Of a stretch of DNA of 64,000 nt, positions 1 to 9,481 are shown piece after piece (position 1 is the stretch's first letter; the number at the start of each line of letters is the position of its first letter). The stretch comes from a bacterium (lineage in GTDB: Bacteria; SAR324; NAC60-12), in contig CBDBHR010000030.1 of NCBI GenBank assembly GCA_965205865.1, forward strand, positions 704,001-768,000. The letters run 5' to 3'. Position numbers and translations under genes: made by a program. A model generated the notes under the pieces. The model was given only the letters and a program-made list of their open reading frames with translations. It was not told the origin of the DNA and made no database searches.

Positions 1-1659
1 CTCCTGCTGCTCCTCTACCGTGGTGGCGGCCAGCATGTTCTCGAAGTACTCGTCAAACTCAGCGTCGATGACGTTCTGGTCCCGCCACCCGTTTTTCGAC
101 CACGTATCGGCGATGGCATTGCTAAAACCGGGATACTCGGCGCCATGTACATCCGTCCTCAACCCGAGATAGGGACAGTCAAACGGGTTCTGACTGCACT
201 CATTGCCTTTCTGTTGGTGTGTCGAGCGTAAAATCACCTGGATCTCGACGTCGATGCCGATCTGCCTGAGGTAATCCATGGCGATCTGGTAGTAGCCGAG
301 GTCGAAGAACTCGTAGTGCTCATAGACGGTCTTGAAGCGAACGCCGTCCGCCCCGCGCGGAAGGCCGGCCTCGTCCAGCAGCTTCTCGGCCGCCTCGGGA
401 TCGAACCGATACCACTGCGCGATCTCCTCGGGCCACTCCTCGAACGGGACCGCATACCCGAGCACAGCCCTGCCAAAACCGCCGACGGGCGTCGTATCGG
501 ACCACCCCTGATGGTAGGACTCGGAGATGGCGTCGAAGTCTATGGCCATGTTGAGGGCCCGGCGCACGCGGATGTCGTTCCAGGGTGCGATCTGGTTGTC
601 AAAATTGAACCCCGTCTCCGCACGAAACGAAAACGTGGTAAGCTGCAGCTCGGGATTGGTCTTCTGCAGACTCAGGGCCTGGTCGACGCTGGAGAGGTGG
701 GAGTTCATCCCCCACCCCATCCAATCCGCCTGCCCCGAGCGCATCAGGGACAGCCTGGTAGCCGGGTCAAAGACTATCAGGAGCTCGATCTGATCGGCGT
801 AGGGCAAACGGTTGTCGGGGAACTTCTCGTCGAAGCCCCAGTAGTCATCGATCTTGGTGTAGGTCCACGAGCTGCCCTCCACCACGTCAGTGAGCTGGTA
901 GGGCCCCGTTCCGGTCACGTTGCGCCAGTCTTGAATGTCCCCGAATTGCTCGACGACCTCGCGGGCGACGATGTAGCAATGAGCACAAACGGTGAGTGTC
1001 TTCAAGGCATCGAGAAAGGGAGCTTTCAACTTGAACACGACCGTCGAATCGTCGGGAGCGGTGATCGAATCCCACTCCATCTTAGGCAGCGAACCGATCC
1101 CTATATCCTGCCCCGGCTCGCCGCCGTCAAGGCCCAGGAGCCGGTTGAAGCTGTAGGCGATATCGTGGGCGGTCAGCTGACGGCCGTTCACCGGCGCCTT
1201 TTTGTGCCAGAAGACGTTATCGCGAATCCTGAACACGTAGGTGAGCGGATCCGGGTTCTCCCAGCTCTCAGCCAGCTGTCCCCTGACGACCTCTTCGGGC
1301 AGGTAGAGCGTGTTGAAGCCGTACACACTCCGGTCGAATGCCCAGTCGCCAACACCCGGCTTCTCGTTGACCAGCCCGATCAAGCCCCCCGCGCTGTAAA
1401 CGAAGTAGGGATCGATGCCCTCCGGCTCGAAGGTCGCAATCAATCTGATCGTGCCGCCATATTTAGGAGCACTCACCATCTTTCCGGTGGATGGATCTTT
1501 GACCATCTTCTGCGCGACCACCATGGTCGGGCTGACCCCGAAGGCGGCCACCATCAGGGTGAGGGTGAGCAATAATGATTGCAGTTTTGCAGCAGACCAA
1601 ACGCCTGCCGGGTTCCGCCCCACGAGAGGGGCAAAAAGTTGCTTGAAATACATGTACAT
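1..1659 (-). CDS. ABC transporter substrate-binding protein, family 5 (peptide/nickel); 3' end runs off the window
   Basis: Translated by hand at both ends: MYMYFKQLFAP...KMVKDPSTGKMVSAPKYGG and LGYYQIAMDYLRQIGIDVEI...AATTVEEQQE. AAGGAG SD upstream; close paralogue of 36166..38103. Absent from the ORF track because no stop lies in the window. Confidence 0.9.
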   Translation of the reverse strand, partial: MYMYFKQLFAPLVGRNPAGVWSAAKLQSLLLTLTLMVAAFGVSPTMVVAQKMVKDPSTGKMVSAPKYGGTIRLIATFEPEGIDPYFVYSAGGLIGLVNEKPGVGDWAFDRSVYGFNTLYLPEEVVRGQLAESWENPDPLTYVFRIRDNVFWHKKAPVNGRQLTAHDIAYSFNRLLGLDGGEPGQDIGIGSLPKMEWDSITAPDDSTVVFKLKAPFLDALKTLTVCAHCYIVAREVVEQFGDIQDWRNVTGTGPYQLTDVVEGSSWTYTKIDDYWGFDEKFPDNRLPYADQIELLIVFDPATRLSLMRSGQADWMGWGMNSHLSSVDQALSLQKTNPELQLTTFSFRAETGFNFDNQIAPWNDIRVRRALNMAIDFDAISESYHQGWSDTTPVGGFGRAVLGYAVPFEEWPEEIAQWYRFDPEAAEKLLDEAGLPRGADGVRFKTVYEHYEFFDLGYYQIAMDYLRQIGIDVEIQVILRSTHQQKGNECSQNPFDCPYLGLRTDVHGAEYPGFSNAIADTWSKNGWRDQNVIDAEFDEYFENMLAATTVEEQQE

Positions 1660-1954
1660 GGGAACTCCTTATACAAGAGATTGACAATACTTCACCCAGC
1701 CATTGAGCCCATCGAAAGAACGGGTGCTCGAACGCCCGGATGAGGAACAAAAGATTCCCGGGGAGAGATGAATTTTTTCATTTTATCTCTTTCTCCAGCA
1801 ATCCTATGGCACAAAGTATGAATTATCATCATCATCATCATGAAATCAAGATAAAAATGCACTTTGGATTATTTTTTTGATTTTTTTTTTGGGGGGGGGG
1901 GTTAGGGCAGTGATTCCGTTTAATTTGAGAAGCAGGATTAGTCATTGCGAGCAA

Positions 1955-2040
1955 CTCTATCAAATGTCTTTTCTCAGATTCCCCTGAATCCAACGTATCC
2001 AACGTGTTTTTTCATTGCGGTATTTTTTCTTCCAATTGCT
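1955..2040 (-). pseudogene. Short degenerate internal fragment of the Rpn/DUF2887 gene
   Basis: Aligns by eye to ~10018-10105 (ctatcaaatgtct...gaatccaacgt...gtattttttcttccaatt). Confidence 0.7.
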
Positions 2041-2044
2041 CCTC

Positions 2045-2263
2045 TCCCTTTCTCTTCCCATTGCGAATCATTTAATATTGTTTGCTTTGCGGTCAATGTG
2101 TGATCGTTTATTTTGATTCGACTGATAATAACTCGAGAAAAAAGTGCCAACCAGACGGTTCACTGGACGCCCACCCCTGTGTTTTTCACCAAATTTTGTG
2201 CTAGAATTGTCAGTTCATCTTTAGGACACTGGTCATTATCGGGTGGGCGCATGTGACCCTGAC
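2045..2263 (+). repeat. ~220-bp direct repeat of 10672-10888 (Rpn upstream region plus attC-like site)
   Basis: Near-identical sequence in both copies. Confidence 0.95.
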
Positions 2264-2270
2264 GTTATGC
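2145..2270 (+). other. attC-like integron cassette recombination site
   Basis: tgccAAC-N5-GGTTCAC-tggacgcccaccc ... gggtgggcgca-t-GTGACC-N5-GTTatgc; 126 bp; L boxes pair with one extrahelical base. Confidence 0.75.
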
Positions 2271-2419
2271 ATTGCACTAGGACAGTTTCGATGACAGATG
2301 ACTCGTTGAACGCACTCGCTAAGGTTCTAAACTCAAGGTACTTAGATATCTTTAATATTTTGTTCCAGTGAGCTATTATAGCGATGAGTTTCCTATCCCC
2401 CCTATGAAACAGAGAGTCT

Positions 2420-2689
2420 ATGAGAGTACCAAGTATTGATGGACATCGCACAAAGATAGAAAAAGTTTGCAAGGATAATAATATCTCATTTCTTGGTTTA
2501 TTCGGCTCCTACGCTCGTCATGAAAACACGGAGGAGAGTGATATAGATTTACTCATAGATTTTTATGAAACGAAAAGCCTTTTAGAAATTGCCCACATTC
2601 AAAATATCCTCAGTGATATCCTGCAAAGGGGACATGTACAGCGGCATCCCAACTCTACTGTTTTATGCCTGCTGTTACGTGTTCCCTAA
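2420..2689 (+). pseudogene. Minimal nucleotidyltransferase (MNT antitoxin-like); C-terminus replaced by MITE sequence
   Basis: LFGSYAR...SDIDLLIDF motif; sequence after ~2627 is the MITE; no HEPN partner seen. Confidence 0.8.
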
Positions 2690-2730
2690 TTTTGTGTATC
2701 CATACTTCTAACTTATTTAAATTTCATTCC
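2628..2730 (-). mobile_element. Truncated inverted copy of the 158-bp MITE
   Basis: Reverse complement matches 42743-42850; ends ...atttcattcc followed by TAA. Confidence 0.85.
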
Positions 2731-2901
2731 TAAGGGGGCTGAGGATGGAGGGTAAGCAGAAGGAAAAAAAGATAAATTTCGGTACGCCTTCCGCGCCCGG
2801 GTAGCGTTTCCTTATCCCCAAAAATATCATCCATCCTACTTTTGGCTTTCCTTGTGTACACAGTTGTGTTATTTGCGGTTCACACCAAAATGGGAGGTAT
2901 C

Positions 2902-3132
2902 ATGGACGCCTATAATGTGCGAGAAACGAGGGAAAATCTGTCCAAATTTTTTTAATCCGGAAAAACGGTTGAAATCAAGCATCCCACCCATCCTGTCATT
3001 ATTATACCCAAAGAGAGATACTTTGAATTAGAAAAGGAGTTGATGAATCTCTACATGGATCTAGCTGAAGTGAGATCCAAGAAAAAGTATTCTACCGAGG
3101 AAAATGAGAGGGGACTCCCTGACATTGAGTAG
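2902..3132 (+). pseudogene. Phd/YefM-like antitoxin with in-frame stop
   Basis: GGAGG SD; MDAYNVRETRENLSKFF*SGKTVEIKHPTHPVIIIPKERYFELEKE... Confidence 0.6.
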
Positions 3133-3143
3133 GAGATTCAGAG

Positions 3144-3212
3144 GCCTAGCCAGGTGCTCAACCGAAGCGCATTCTGTGCCTGGTTAGGGTTTTGGTTGAG
3201 CACGCCGACTAA
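3144..3212 (+). repeat. Degenerate attC-like palindrome, homologous to 42924-42993
   Basis: gcctagc-N5-gctcaacc...ggttgagc; the upstream flank also resembles 42904-42923; AAC/GTT cores are mutated. Confidence 0.45.
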
Positions 3213-3330
3213 TTTATTTGCCAGCATTGTTTGCTAAAATAGAAATCAATGATACAATTGAGGTAAATTGATAAAAAATGTAAATCCACGAATTAGTCAT
3301 TGAATTGCTATTCGGATCGGGAAAGGGGTT

Positions 3331-4002
3331 ATGAAAAAATTTGGGATCTTACTCTTCGGAGCAGGGATCATGGGGCTGCAGGCTCTGCCGGTTTATGGAC
3401 AACCCACCATTGGATTTACCCAGGAAGATCGAGAGCGCATCATTCGGCTGGAAACGACCTTAACACTTTTTATGGAAGCCACCGATCAGCGCTTTGAACA
3501 AGTAGATAAGCGCTTTGAACAGGTGGATCAACGCTTTGTCGAATTAAGGGAAGATATAAATATCCGCTTTGTCGAATTACGGGAGGATATGAACAACCGC
3601 TCGAAACAGGTGGATCAGCGCCTTCTCGAATTACGGGAAGATATGAACAACCGCTTTGAACAAGTGGATAAACGCTTTGAACAAGTGGATAAACGCTTTG
3701 AACAGATGATGGATATGCTGCAACTGATTGCCGGCATCTTTACCGCCCTGACCCTGGGAGTGATCGGCTTTGCTTATTGGGATCGACGCACCATTATTCG
3801 TAAAGCCAAAGAAGAGACCCTGGAAAAGCTGGAAGGGAAGGCCGCCCCTAAAGAAGAAGCGATCATCGAGCGGGCTGTGGCTCAAGCGGTGCAAGAAATC
3901 AAAAAAGACCATCGTCTGCAAGACTTGATTGCTGCACTACGAAAATTGGCCGCCACCGACCTGCCTCTGGCAACCGTGCTCAAAGAATTTCATTTATTGT
4001 AG
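3331..4002 (+). CDS. Membrane-anchored coiled-coil protein with RFEQVDK / RFVELREDMNN tandem repeats
   Basis: Signal-like N-terminus, 21- and 33-nt repeats at ~3489-3703, TM helix LIAGIFTALTLGVIGFAYW. Confidence 0.85.
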   Translation: MKKFGILLFGAGIMGLQALPVYGQPTIGFTQEDRERIIRLETTLTLFMEATDQRFEQVDKRFEQVDQRFVELREDINIRFVELREDMNNRSKQVDQRLLELREDMNNRFEQVDKRFEQVDKRFEQMMDMLQLIAGIFTALTLGVIGFAYWDRRTIIRKAKEETLEKLEGKAAPKEEAIIERAVAQAVQEIKKDHRLQDLIAALRKLAATDLPLATVLKEFHLL

Positions 4003-4316
4003 CTTCAATCACGCTCCTCTCTAGATAAATGGGGTCAGGCTTTCGTTATTGTTAATCATGACCCCATTTCTAGTATCGGGTTTGATTCTGATTGGGTTGA
4101 TCCTCAATTCCTCAAAAAACCAATATACCTGGTAACAGATTATCCATTAAAAAATCAACTATTGATCCAGGTATTTATTTTCCAAAAAGGTATACCTGTC
4201 CTCCCCGACAATCCGCTGGGGACAGTTGGCCCTGATAACTTGGGATCGCATTAAATTGGAAGAAGAATAAGCAGTCTAATGGAAAATAGAGTTGAAAGCC
4301 ATCTCCTTTTGTCCAC

Positions 4317-5285
4317 TTACCGGTCGAAAGGGTTGATCAGTCTGGCCAGGAGACCTCGTTTGGGTTTCCCCGTGGTGCCGTAACTGCCCTCACCGCCCCG
4401 CAGCCGGGGATCGAGCAGATCCCGCATGGCATCGCCGAACATGTTGAGACTGTAAACGGTAATAGTCAGGGCAAAACCAGGCCAGAGCGCCAGCCATGGC
4501 GCCTGCTCCATGAACTCACGCCCTTCCCGGCTGAGCATCGCTCCCCAGCTGGGAACCTCGATGGGTAGTCCGAATCCGAGGAAGCTCAGCGAAGCCTCAC
4601 TGATAATCACCCCGCCGATGTTGATGCTGAAGATGATGATGACGGGGGCCATAATATTGGGCAGGACATGGCGGATCAGGATTTGGGTCGTGGGGGTGCC
4701 CACGGCCCTGGCTGCCAGAAAATAGTCATTCTCTTTGACACCAATCACGGCGCCTCGGATGACTCTGGAACCGCCGATGCCTCCGGTGATCCCCAGGACC
4801 ACGATGATCTGGAGGAGACCCTGTCCCACGATGGACATGACGGTCAGCAAGAGCAGCAGCCCCGGGAAGGCCATCCAGGCATCGACAAATCGCTGTACCA
4901 CCAGGTCGAATTTCCCGCCAAGGAATCCTGAAGTGACGCCAATCAGGGCAGCCACCACCACATTGATCGTGGTCGCGGCCAGACCAACCACTAACGAAAT
5001 ACGAGCCCCATGGATCAGGCGGCTCAAGAAGTCTCGCCCCAACCCGTCGGTACCCAGCAGATGCCGGGCTGATGGAGCTTCAAGCATGGCTAACAAGTTT
5101 ATTTTATCATAGGGATAGGGAGTCACCACATCGGCAAAGATAGCGACGAAAATCAATATCAATACGATCATCCCGCAGGCAGTCCCCAGTGGCTTCTCCC
5201 GCCACAGCCTGATGAAGAAATCCGCAAACCGGTCCCGTCGTTTGGATTCATTGATTGTGAGTGGTATTTCTTGGGGGTTGTTCAT
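4317..5285 (-). CDS. ABC transporter permease, DppC/OppC-like
   Basis: LLGTDGLGRD, YFLAARAVG...RHVLPN, SLSFLGFG, DAMRDLLDPR. Confidence 0.95.
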   Translation of the reverse strand: MNNPQEIPLTINESKRRDRFADFFIRLWREKPLGTACGMIVLILIFVAIFADVVTPYPYDKINLLAMLEAPSARHLLGTDGLGRDFLSRLIHGARISLVVGLAATTINVVVAALIGVTSGFLGGKFDLVVQRFVDAWMAFPGLLLLLTVMSIVGQGLLQIIVVLGITGGIGGSRVIRGAVIGVKENDYFLAARAVGTPTTQILIRHVLPNIMAPVIIIFSINIGGVIISEASLSFLGFGLPIEVPSWGAMLSREGREFMEQAPWLALWPGFALTITVYSLNMFGDAMRDLLDPRLRGGEGSYGTTGKPKRGLLARLINPFDR

Positions 5286-5307
5286 GTTCTCGATTTTTCT
5301 AAAATAC

Positions 5308-5605
5308 AGTCCCAGAGGGACGAAAGGGAATTTCCCGGCGATTCATCGCTGGGAAAGGAACCCCCCCTCCTCAGCTAGTCCCAGAGGGACGACACTTCTT
5401 CGATCTAGCGAGTTACTCCCATAAGGAAAAAGGCGCTTTTTGATTTCAGGAGTAATCATCTCAATTCGGTTTTTTGTGCTAAAGACACAATGAAGATGAT
5501 TGCTGAGGTAGGAATGGGACATGAAACCTCATTGTTGTGTCGTCCCTCCGGGACTTTGAAGGAGACTGTCTTTTGTTCCCAGCTTTCTTTCGTCCCTCCG
5601 GGACT
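5308..5605. repeat. Cluster of REP-like palindromes (GTCCC-N3-GGGAC family) flanking a tnpA fragment
   Basis: agtcccagagggacga x2, cgtccctccgggact x2, cccggcgattcatcgctggg. Confidence 0.8.
5418..5522 (-). pseudogene. tnpA: N-terminal fragment of an IS200/IS605-family (Y1) transposase
   Basis: GAGG SD; MSHSYLSNHLHCVFSTKNRIEMITPEIKKRLFPY matches the HxVFSTKxR N-terminal motif. Confidence 0.75.
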
Positions 5606-5653
5606 TCGTCTGACAGACGAATCTCAAACCTATATTTACCAGAAACATAACGA

Positions 5654-6607
5654 CTATTCATACCGGATCCTGGGGTCTAAATAAGGATAAATCAGGTCGA
5701 TGAGGAGATTGAACAGCACCACCCCGGTGGCGAAAAACAGGTTGATTCCGGAGACCATCGGGTAGTCTCGGTCCGTGAGGGCATTCAGCAAGAGACTACC
5801 GATCCCTGGCAGGTTAAAGATGTTCTCCATGATCACCGCCCCCCCGACCAGGATCGGCAACTGCAGACCGATCAGGGACACCACCGGGATGAGGGCATTT
5901 TTGATAGTGTGTCGGATCACTATGATCCGCTCCTTGAGCCCCTTTGACCAGGCGGTGCGGATATAGTCCTGCCGGAGCACCTCCAGCATCATGGTGCGCG
6001 TCATCCGCATGGTGGCGGCAGACATGGCCGTCCCCAGAATCAGGCTGGGGACGATGAACACTCCCAGATTCCCCAGTGGGTCTTCCACAAAAGGGATCAT
6101 CTTCAACGGTGGCGTCCAATTCCACCAGATGGCCGGGTAGAGCATGACCATCAGGGCCAGCCAGAAGTTCGGCGTGGCCAGGCCGATGATGGCCAGGGTG
6201 CGCCCCCCGTAATCGGCGATGGTATCCTGGCGAATCGCCGAGTAGATGCCCACCGGCAGCGCGATCACGAGCCCGATGACAATTGCCAGGAGACCCAGCT
6301 CAAGGGTGACCGGCAATCTACCTATTATCTTCTCCTCCACCGCCCCACGGCCCATCAGTGATTCGCCAAGGGTGCCGTGCCGGAAAATATTTCCTGTCCA
6401 GCGTCCATACTGCACCCAGACAGGCACGTCCAATCCCAGCCTGCGCTCAAGAGCCTCACGGTCTACCGTACCCGTGAATTCAGACCTAGCCACCATTGCG
6501 TCTATTACACCGCCGGGGATGAAGCGGACGGAAAAGAAGACGATGAGGCTCAAAGCGAACAGGGTAGGGATGACGAGCAATAACCGCCTGAGGATATAGG
6601 CTCTCAT
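5654..6607 (-). CDS. ABC transporter permease, DppB/OppB-like
   Basis: MRAYILRRLL, MLEVLRQDYIRTAWSKGL, YPYLDPRI. Confidence 0.95.
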   Translation of the reverse strand: MRAYILRRLLLVIPTLFALSLIVFFSVRFIPGGVIDAMVARSEFTGTVDREALERRLGLDVPVWVQYGRWTGNIFRHGTLGESLMGRGAVEEKIIGRLPVTLELGLLAIVIGLVIALPVGIYSAIRQDTIADYGGRTLAIIGLATPNFWLALMVMLYPAIWWNWTPPLKMIPFVEDPLGNLGVFIVPSLILGTAMSAATMRMTRTMMLEVLRQDYIRTAWSKGLKERIIVIRHTIKNALIPVVSLIGLQLPILVGGAVIMENIFNLPGIGSLLLNALTDRDYPMVSGINLFFATGVVLFNLLIDLIYPYLDPRIRYE

Positions 6608-6617
6608 GGGAAACCCC

Positions 6618-8420
6618 CTAATGACCCATTGCTGCCTTCAGCTCACTATCAATCCAGAGGCGGGACCATATGACAGGAGCACGGTTCATGTGTCCGAGCT
6701 CGATTTCCCCGTTAAAACCTATGACCCACGGCTGGTACACTTCGAACCATGGTTGGACAGGACCCCATACGTACCAGTGCTGCTCTACCGCATACATATC
6801 TGCCTCTTTGACCAACCTCTGCTGCTCCTCCATGGTGGTAGCGGCTGCGACGGCTTCAGCCAGGGCATCATAAGTCGGGTCACTGACTCCCGAGCGGTTA
6901 AACTTAGAAAGGGTCGAGTGAAGCTCGGAGGTCATCCAAGAGGAAGGGAGATATTTGACCGACGTGACTGCCGTCGTCATACCTTGCTCCAGAGCCTTGA
7001 CACGAGCAGTCCACGCCGGAATGTTCGCCAGCGGCGTGAGTTGAACCTGTACGTCAACGCCAATCTTTTTCCAGTAGTCGGCGACTGCCGGATGCCATCG
7101 TGCAAAATTCCAGGAATCCACGGAATCCACGTTGGTCCTAAATCGAATGCCGTCGACGCCCCTCGTATACCCTGCCTCGTCAAGGAGCTTCTCAGCCCCT
7201 TCCGGGTCATAGGTATAGTATCCCTTGATCTCTTCGGGCCACTCTTCAAATGGGGTGCTCCATGCCGTTTGCTTCTTGTGTATCATCCCTTGAGGTGTCG
7301 GGTCGGGGGCATAAGCCTTCCAGAAGCTAGTGCTCAGTGTCTCGAGGTCCAGCGCCATCTGCATTGCCCGGCGCACCCTGATGTCGTCAAAGGGCGGCTT
7401 GGTCACGTTAAGGGCATAGCCATGATCCGACCGGAAGGAATACGTATAAACCACGATTTCGGGGTTGGTCTTCCGGAGGCTCTCTACATCTTCGAGATTG
7501 GGGGGGGCACTCACGCCTTGACCAAGGTAAGCAACCTGACCTGTGCGCATTGCCGCCAGACGCGTTGCCGAGTCCGTCATGACCAGTCTCTCTACCTTGT
7601 CAATATAGGGCAAGCGGTTCTCCGGGTATTTTTCGTCGTAGCCCCAGTAGTTGGGGTTCTTGCTAAAGGTCAGAGAGCTGCCGTCGACCAAGTCAGCTAT
7701 CATCCAGGGCCCGGTGCCGACCAGGTTCCTCCAATCGTTAGCGTCCCCGTGTTCCTCGATTACCTCGGGGGGGTATATAAACGTGAGGGGATCGTCGATG
7801 AGGATCGCCAGCGCAGCCAGGGATGGCTCCTTTAGCTTCATAACAACCGTATATTTGTCGGTGGCCGTTACCGATTCGAATGGCACATTTTGTAAATTGA
7901 TCCGGAACTCGGAAGGTTCGGTATAGCCGCTGCCCAGACCCGTCATGCGGTGAAAGTTATATTCTACGTCCTTGGCGGTCAATTCCCTCCCATTCATCGG
8001 TGCCTTGTCGTGCCAGTAGACGCCCTTGCGGATGTGGAAGATATAAGTCAGGGGGTCGGGTTGCTCCCAGCTTTCCGCCAGCGCCCCCGTTTGGAAAGAC
8101 TCAGGTGTGAACGCGGTTCTAAAGTCCCATACGTCCCTGTCTAGTCCCCAGTCCCCCATGCCCAGCTTCTCTAAAACGCCAGCGGTGTAGACCGACACCA
8201 CAAAATGCGCGACGTGGTGGTCTATACCCGGGGGCTCCCAGCCCTGAGCTACCGTGAGCACCCCGCCATACTCAGGCGCGGTCACCATCTCACCGGTGGT
8301 GGGGTCTTTGACCATCTTTTTCTCAGCCGCGACGGCTGAACTGACCCAGAGCATGGTCACGCTCAGGATGAAGGCCAGCAGGATTGCACTGAAGGTTGAT
8401 TTGCTTTTTTGATTATCCAT
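6618..8420 (-). CDS. ABC transporter substrate-binding protein, family 5
   Basis: Signal peptide after MDNQKSK; KDPTTGEMVTAPEYGG, GALAESWE, VGTGPW, PPFDDIRVRRAM. Frame is open to 8696; alternative start at 8531. Confidence 0.93.
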   Translation of the reverse strand: MDNQKSKSTFSAILLAFILSVTMLWVSSAVAAEKKMVKDPTTGEMVTAPEYGGVLTVAQGWEPPGIDHHVAHFVVSVYTAGVLEKLGMGDWGLDRDVWDFRTAFTPESFQTGALAESWEQPDPLTYIFHIRKGVYWHDKAPMNGRELTAKDVEYNFHRMTGLGSGYTEPSEFRINLQNVPFESVTATDKYTVVMKLKEPSLAALAILIDDPLTFIYPPEVIEEHGDANDWRNLVGTGPWMIADLVDGSSLTFSKNPNYWGYDEKYPENRLPYIDKVERLVMTDSATRLAAMRTGQVAYLGQGVSAPPNLEDVESLRKTNPEIVVYTYSFRSDHGYALNVTKPPFDDIRVRRAMQMALDLETLSTSFWKAYAPDPTPQGMIHKKQTAWSTPFEEWPEEIKGYYTYDPEGAEKLLDEAGYTRGVDGIRFRTNVDSVDSWNFARWHPAVADYWKKIGVDVQVQLTPLANIPAWTARVKALEQGMTTAVTSVKYLPSSWMTSELHSTLSKFNRSGVSDPTYDALAEAVAAATTMEEQQRLVKEADMYAVEQHWYVWGPVQPWFEVYQPWVIGFNGEIELGHMNRAPVIWSRLWIDSELKAAMGH

Positions 8421-8434
8421 CTTTTTCCTTTCTT

Positions 8435-8612
8435 TTTTTTGATTAAAAACAAGATTTAGGATTGATTTAAAACCTGCTTTCGCTCCCGAAAGCACGTTCT
8501 CGACGTTTTCTCTACTTTTTTGACGGTTCATGGTGCTCCTTTCTGCTTTTTGATTAAAAACAAGATTGCGGGTTGCTTTAAAACCTGCTTTCGTTCTCGA
8601 CGTTTTCTCTAC
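8435..8612 (-). repeat. Imperfect tandem duplication (111-nt period) upstream of and in frame with the SBP gene
   Basis: tttttgattaaaaacaagatt...ttaaaacctgctttcg..cgttctcgacgttttctctac present twice. Confidence 0.85.
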
Positions 8613-8879
8613 ACATTGGGTCTCCTTCATTTTGGAGTGATCAAAAAACCGATTCATTGGCTCCAGGATGGGGCAATGAACCAGAAACCGACGCACTCAG
8701 GCGCCGATGATTTTCCAAATTCCCCATTGCCGTTCCGTTCCTGGAACGGGGAACGAGGGATCTTAAGGATCTCTCCCTGATGTCGAGATAATACAAGGGA
8801 GTAGAACTTGGGATTGGGGACTTGAGACTTGTTGCTTGAAACTTATTACTAGGAACTGGGAACTGGGAACTGGTTTTTA

Positions 8880-8908
8880 AGTATACTTCATAGCCACCTC
8901 ATTGTCAA
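8880..8908 (-). promoter_or_regulatory. Sigma70-type promoter for the SBP-dppB-dppC operon
   Basis: TTGACA-N17-TATACT on the minus strand. Confidence 0.75.
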
Positions 8909-9164
8909 TATTTTTTATACTTGAAACAGGTTAATTTCAGACTTTCATGCCATCCTGACGGTCCGCCGATGTGGCAAATCGAAGGATCGCCTTATTGCTT
9001 TTCCGTCCTATCTCAGGGCATAAAGTTAATAAATTTCTTGCCAATCTCTAACGGTATTTTAACGAAATGCGGTGAAAATCTTGCTCAAATGTAACAAAAT
9101 CTGACAGCTTTCAGTGACAGAATAAAGGGATTAAAATGGTAAGTCAAGCATTTCTCAAAAAAAA

Positions 9165-9385
9165 AGGTAACTATTCGGGTCTCTGAAAAAACCGTTTAGT
9201 TAAAATCGTTTAAAAAAGATTCCCGGGGAGGATCGATCGTTTTCACGTCCTTCCACGATATTGTTCAATCGATCGGGAACCCTCTCATTCACCAAAACAA
9301 CTTAATAATGGCATGATTATAGCACAAAACAACGCAATTTCAACCCCCTGATATAAAATAAATGCGGGATTCGCAAAAAAAATAA
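9165..9385 (-). promoter_or_regulatory. Conserved promoter/operator/structured-leader module, copy A
   Basis: Homologous to 38190-38415 and 38453-38640; TGCG-N5-CGCA palindrome, TTGAAA-N16-TATAAT, stem followed by a T-run. Confidence 0.7.
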
Positions 9386-9481
9386 AAAAACGATAAATCA
9401 AGGAGATCCGCTCCTTTATGATATGGATAAAGCAAAAAGAGTAATTGGGGAACAAATACGGAAGATTAAAAAATTTCCTTT

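Noticed and set aside
316-1575. 419-aa plus-strand ORF
   Set aside because: Antisense shadow of the GC-rich SBP gene on the minus strand
1880-1901. Adjacent poly-T and poly-G tracts as a phase-variation switch
   Set aside because: Intergenic with no clear promoter overlap; may be an assembly artefact
3489-3703. 21/33-nt repeats as a CRISPR array or DGR repeat
   Set aside because: Contiguous in-frame coding repeats with no spacers and no adenine-specific variation
6606-7835. 409-aa plus-strand ORF (and similar ones at 18929, 30982, 35073, 39376)
   Set aside because: Antisense shadows of well-supported genes
8808-8873. Heptamer-like tandem repeats (ggaactg)
   Set aside because: Short and degenerate; no function supportable
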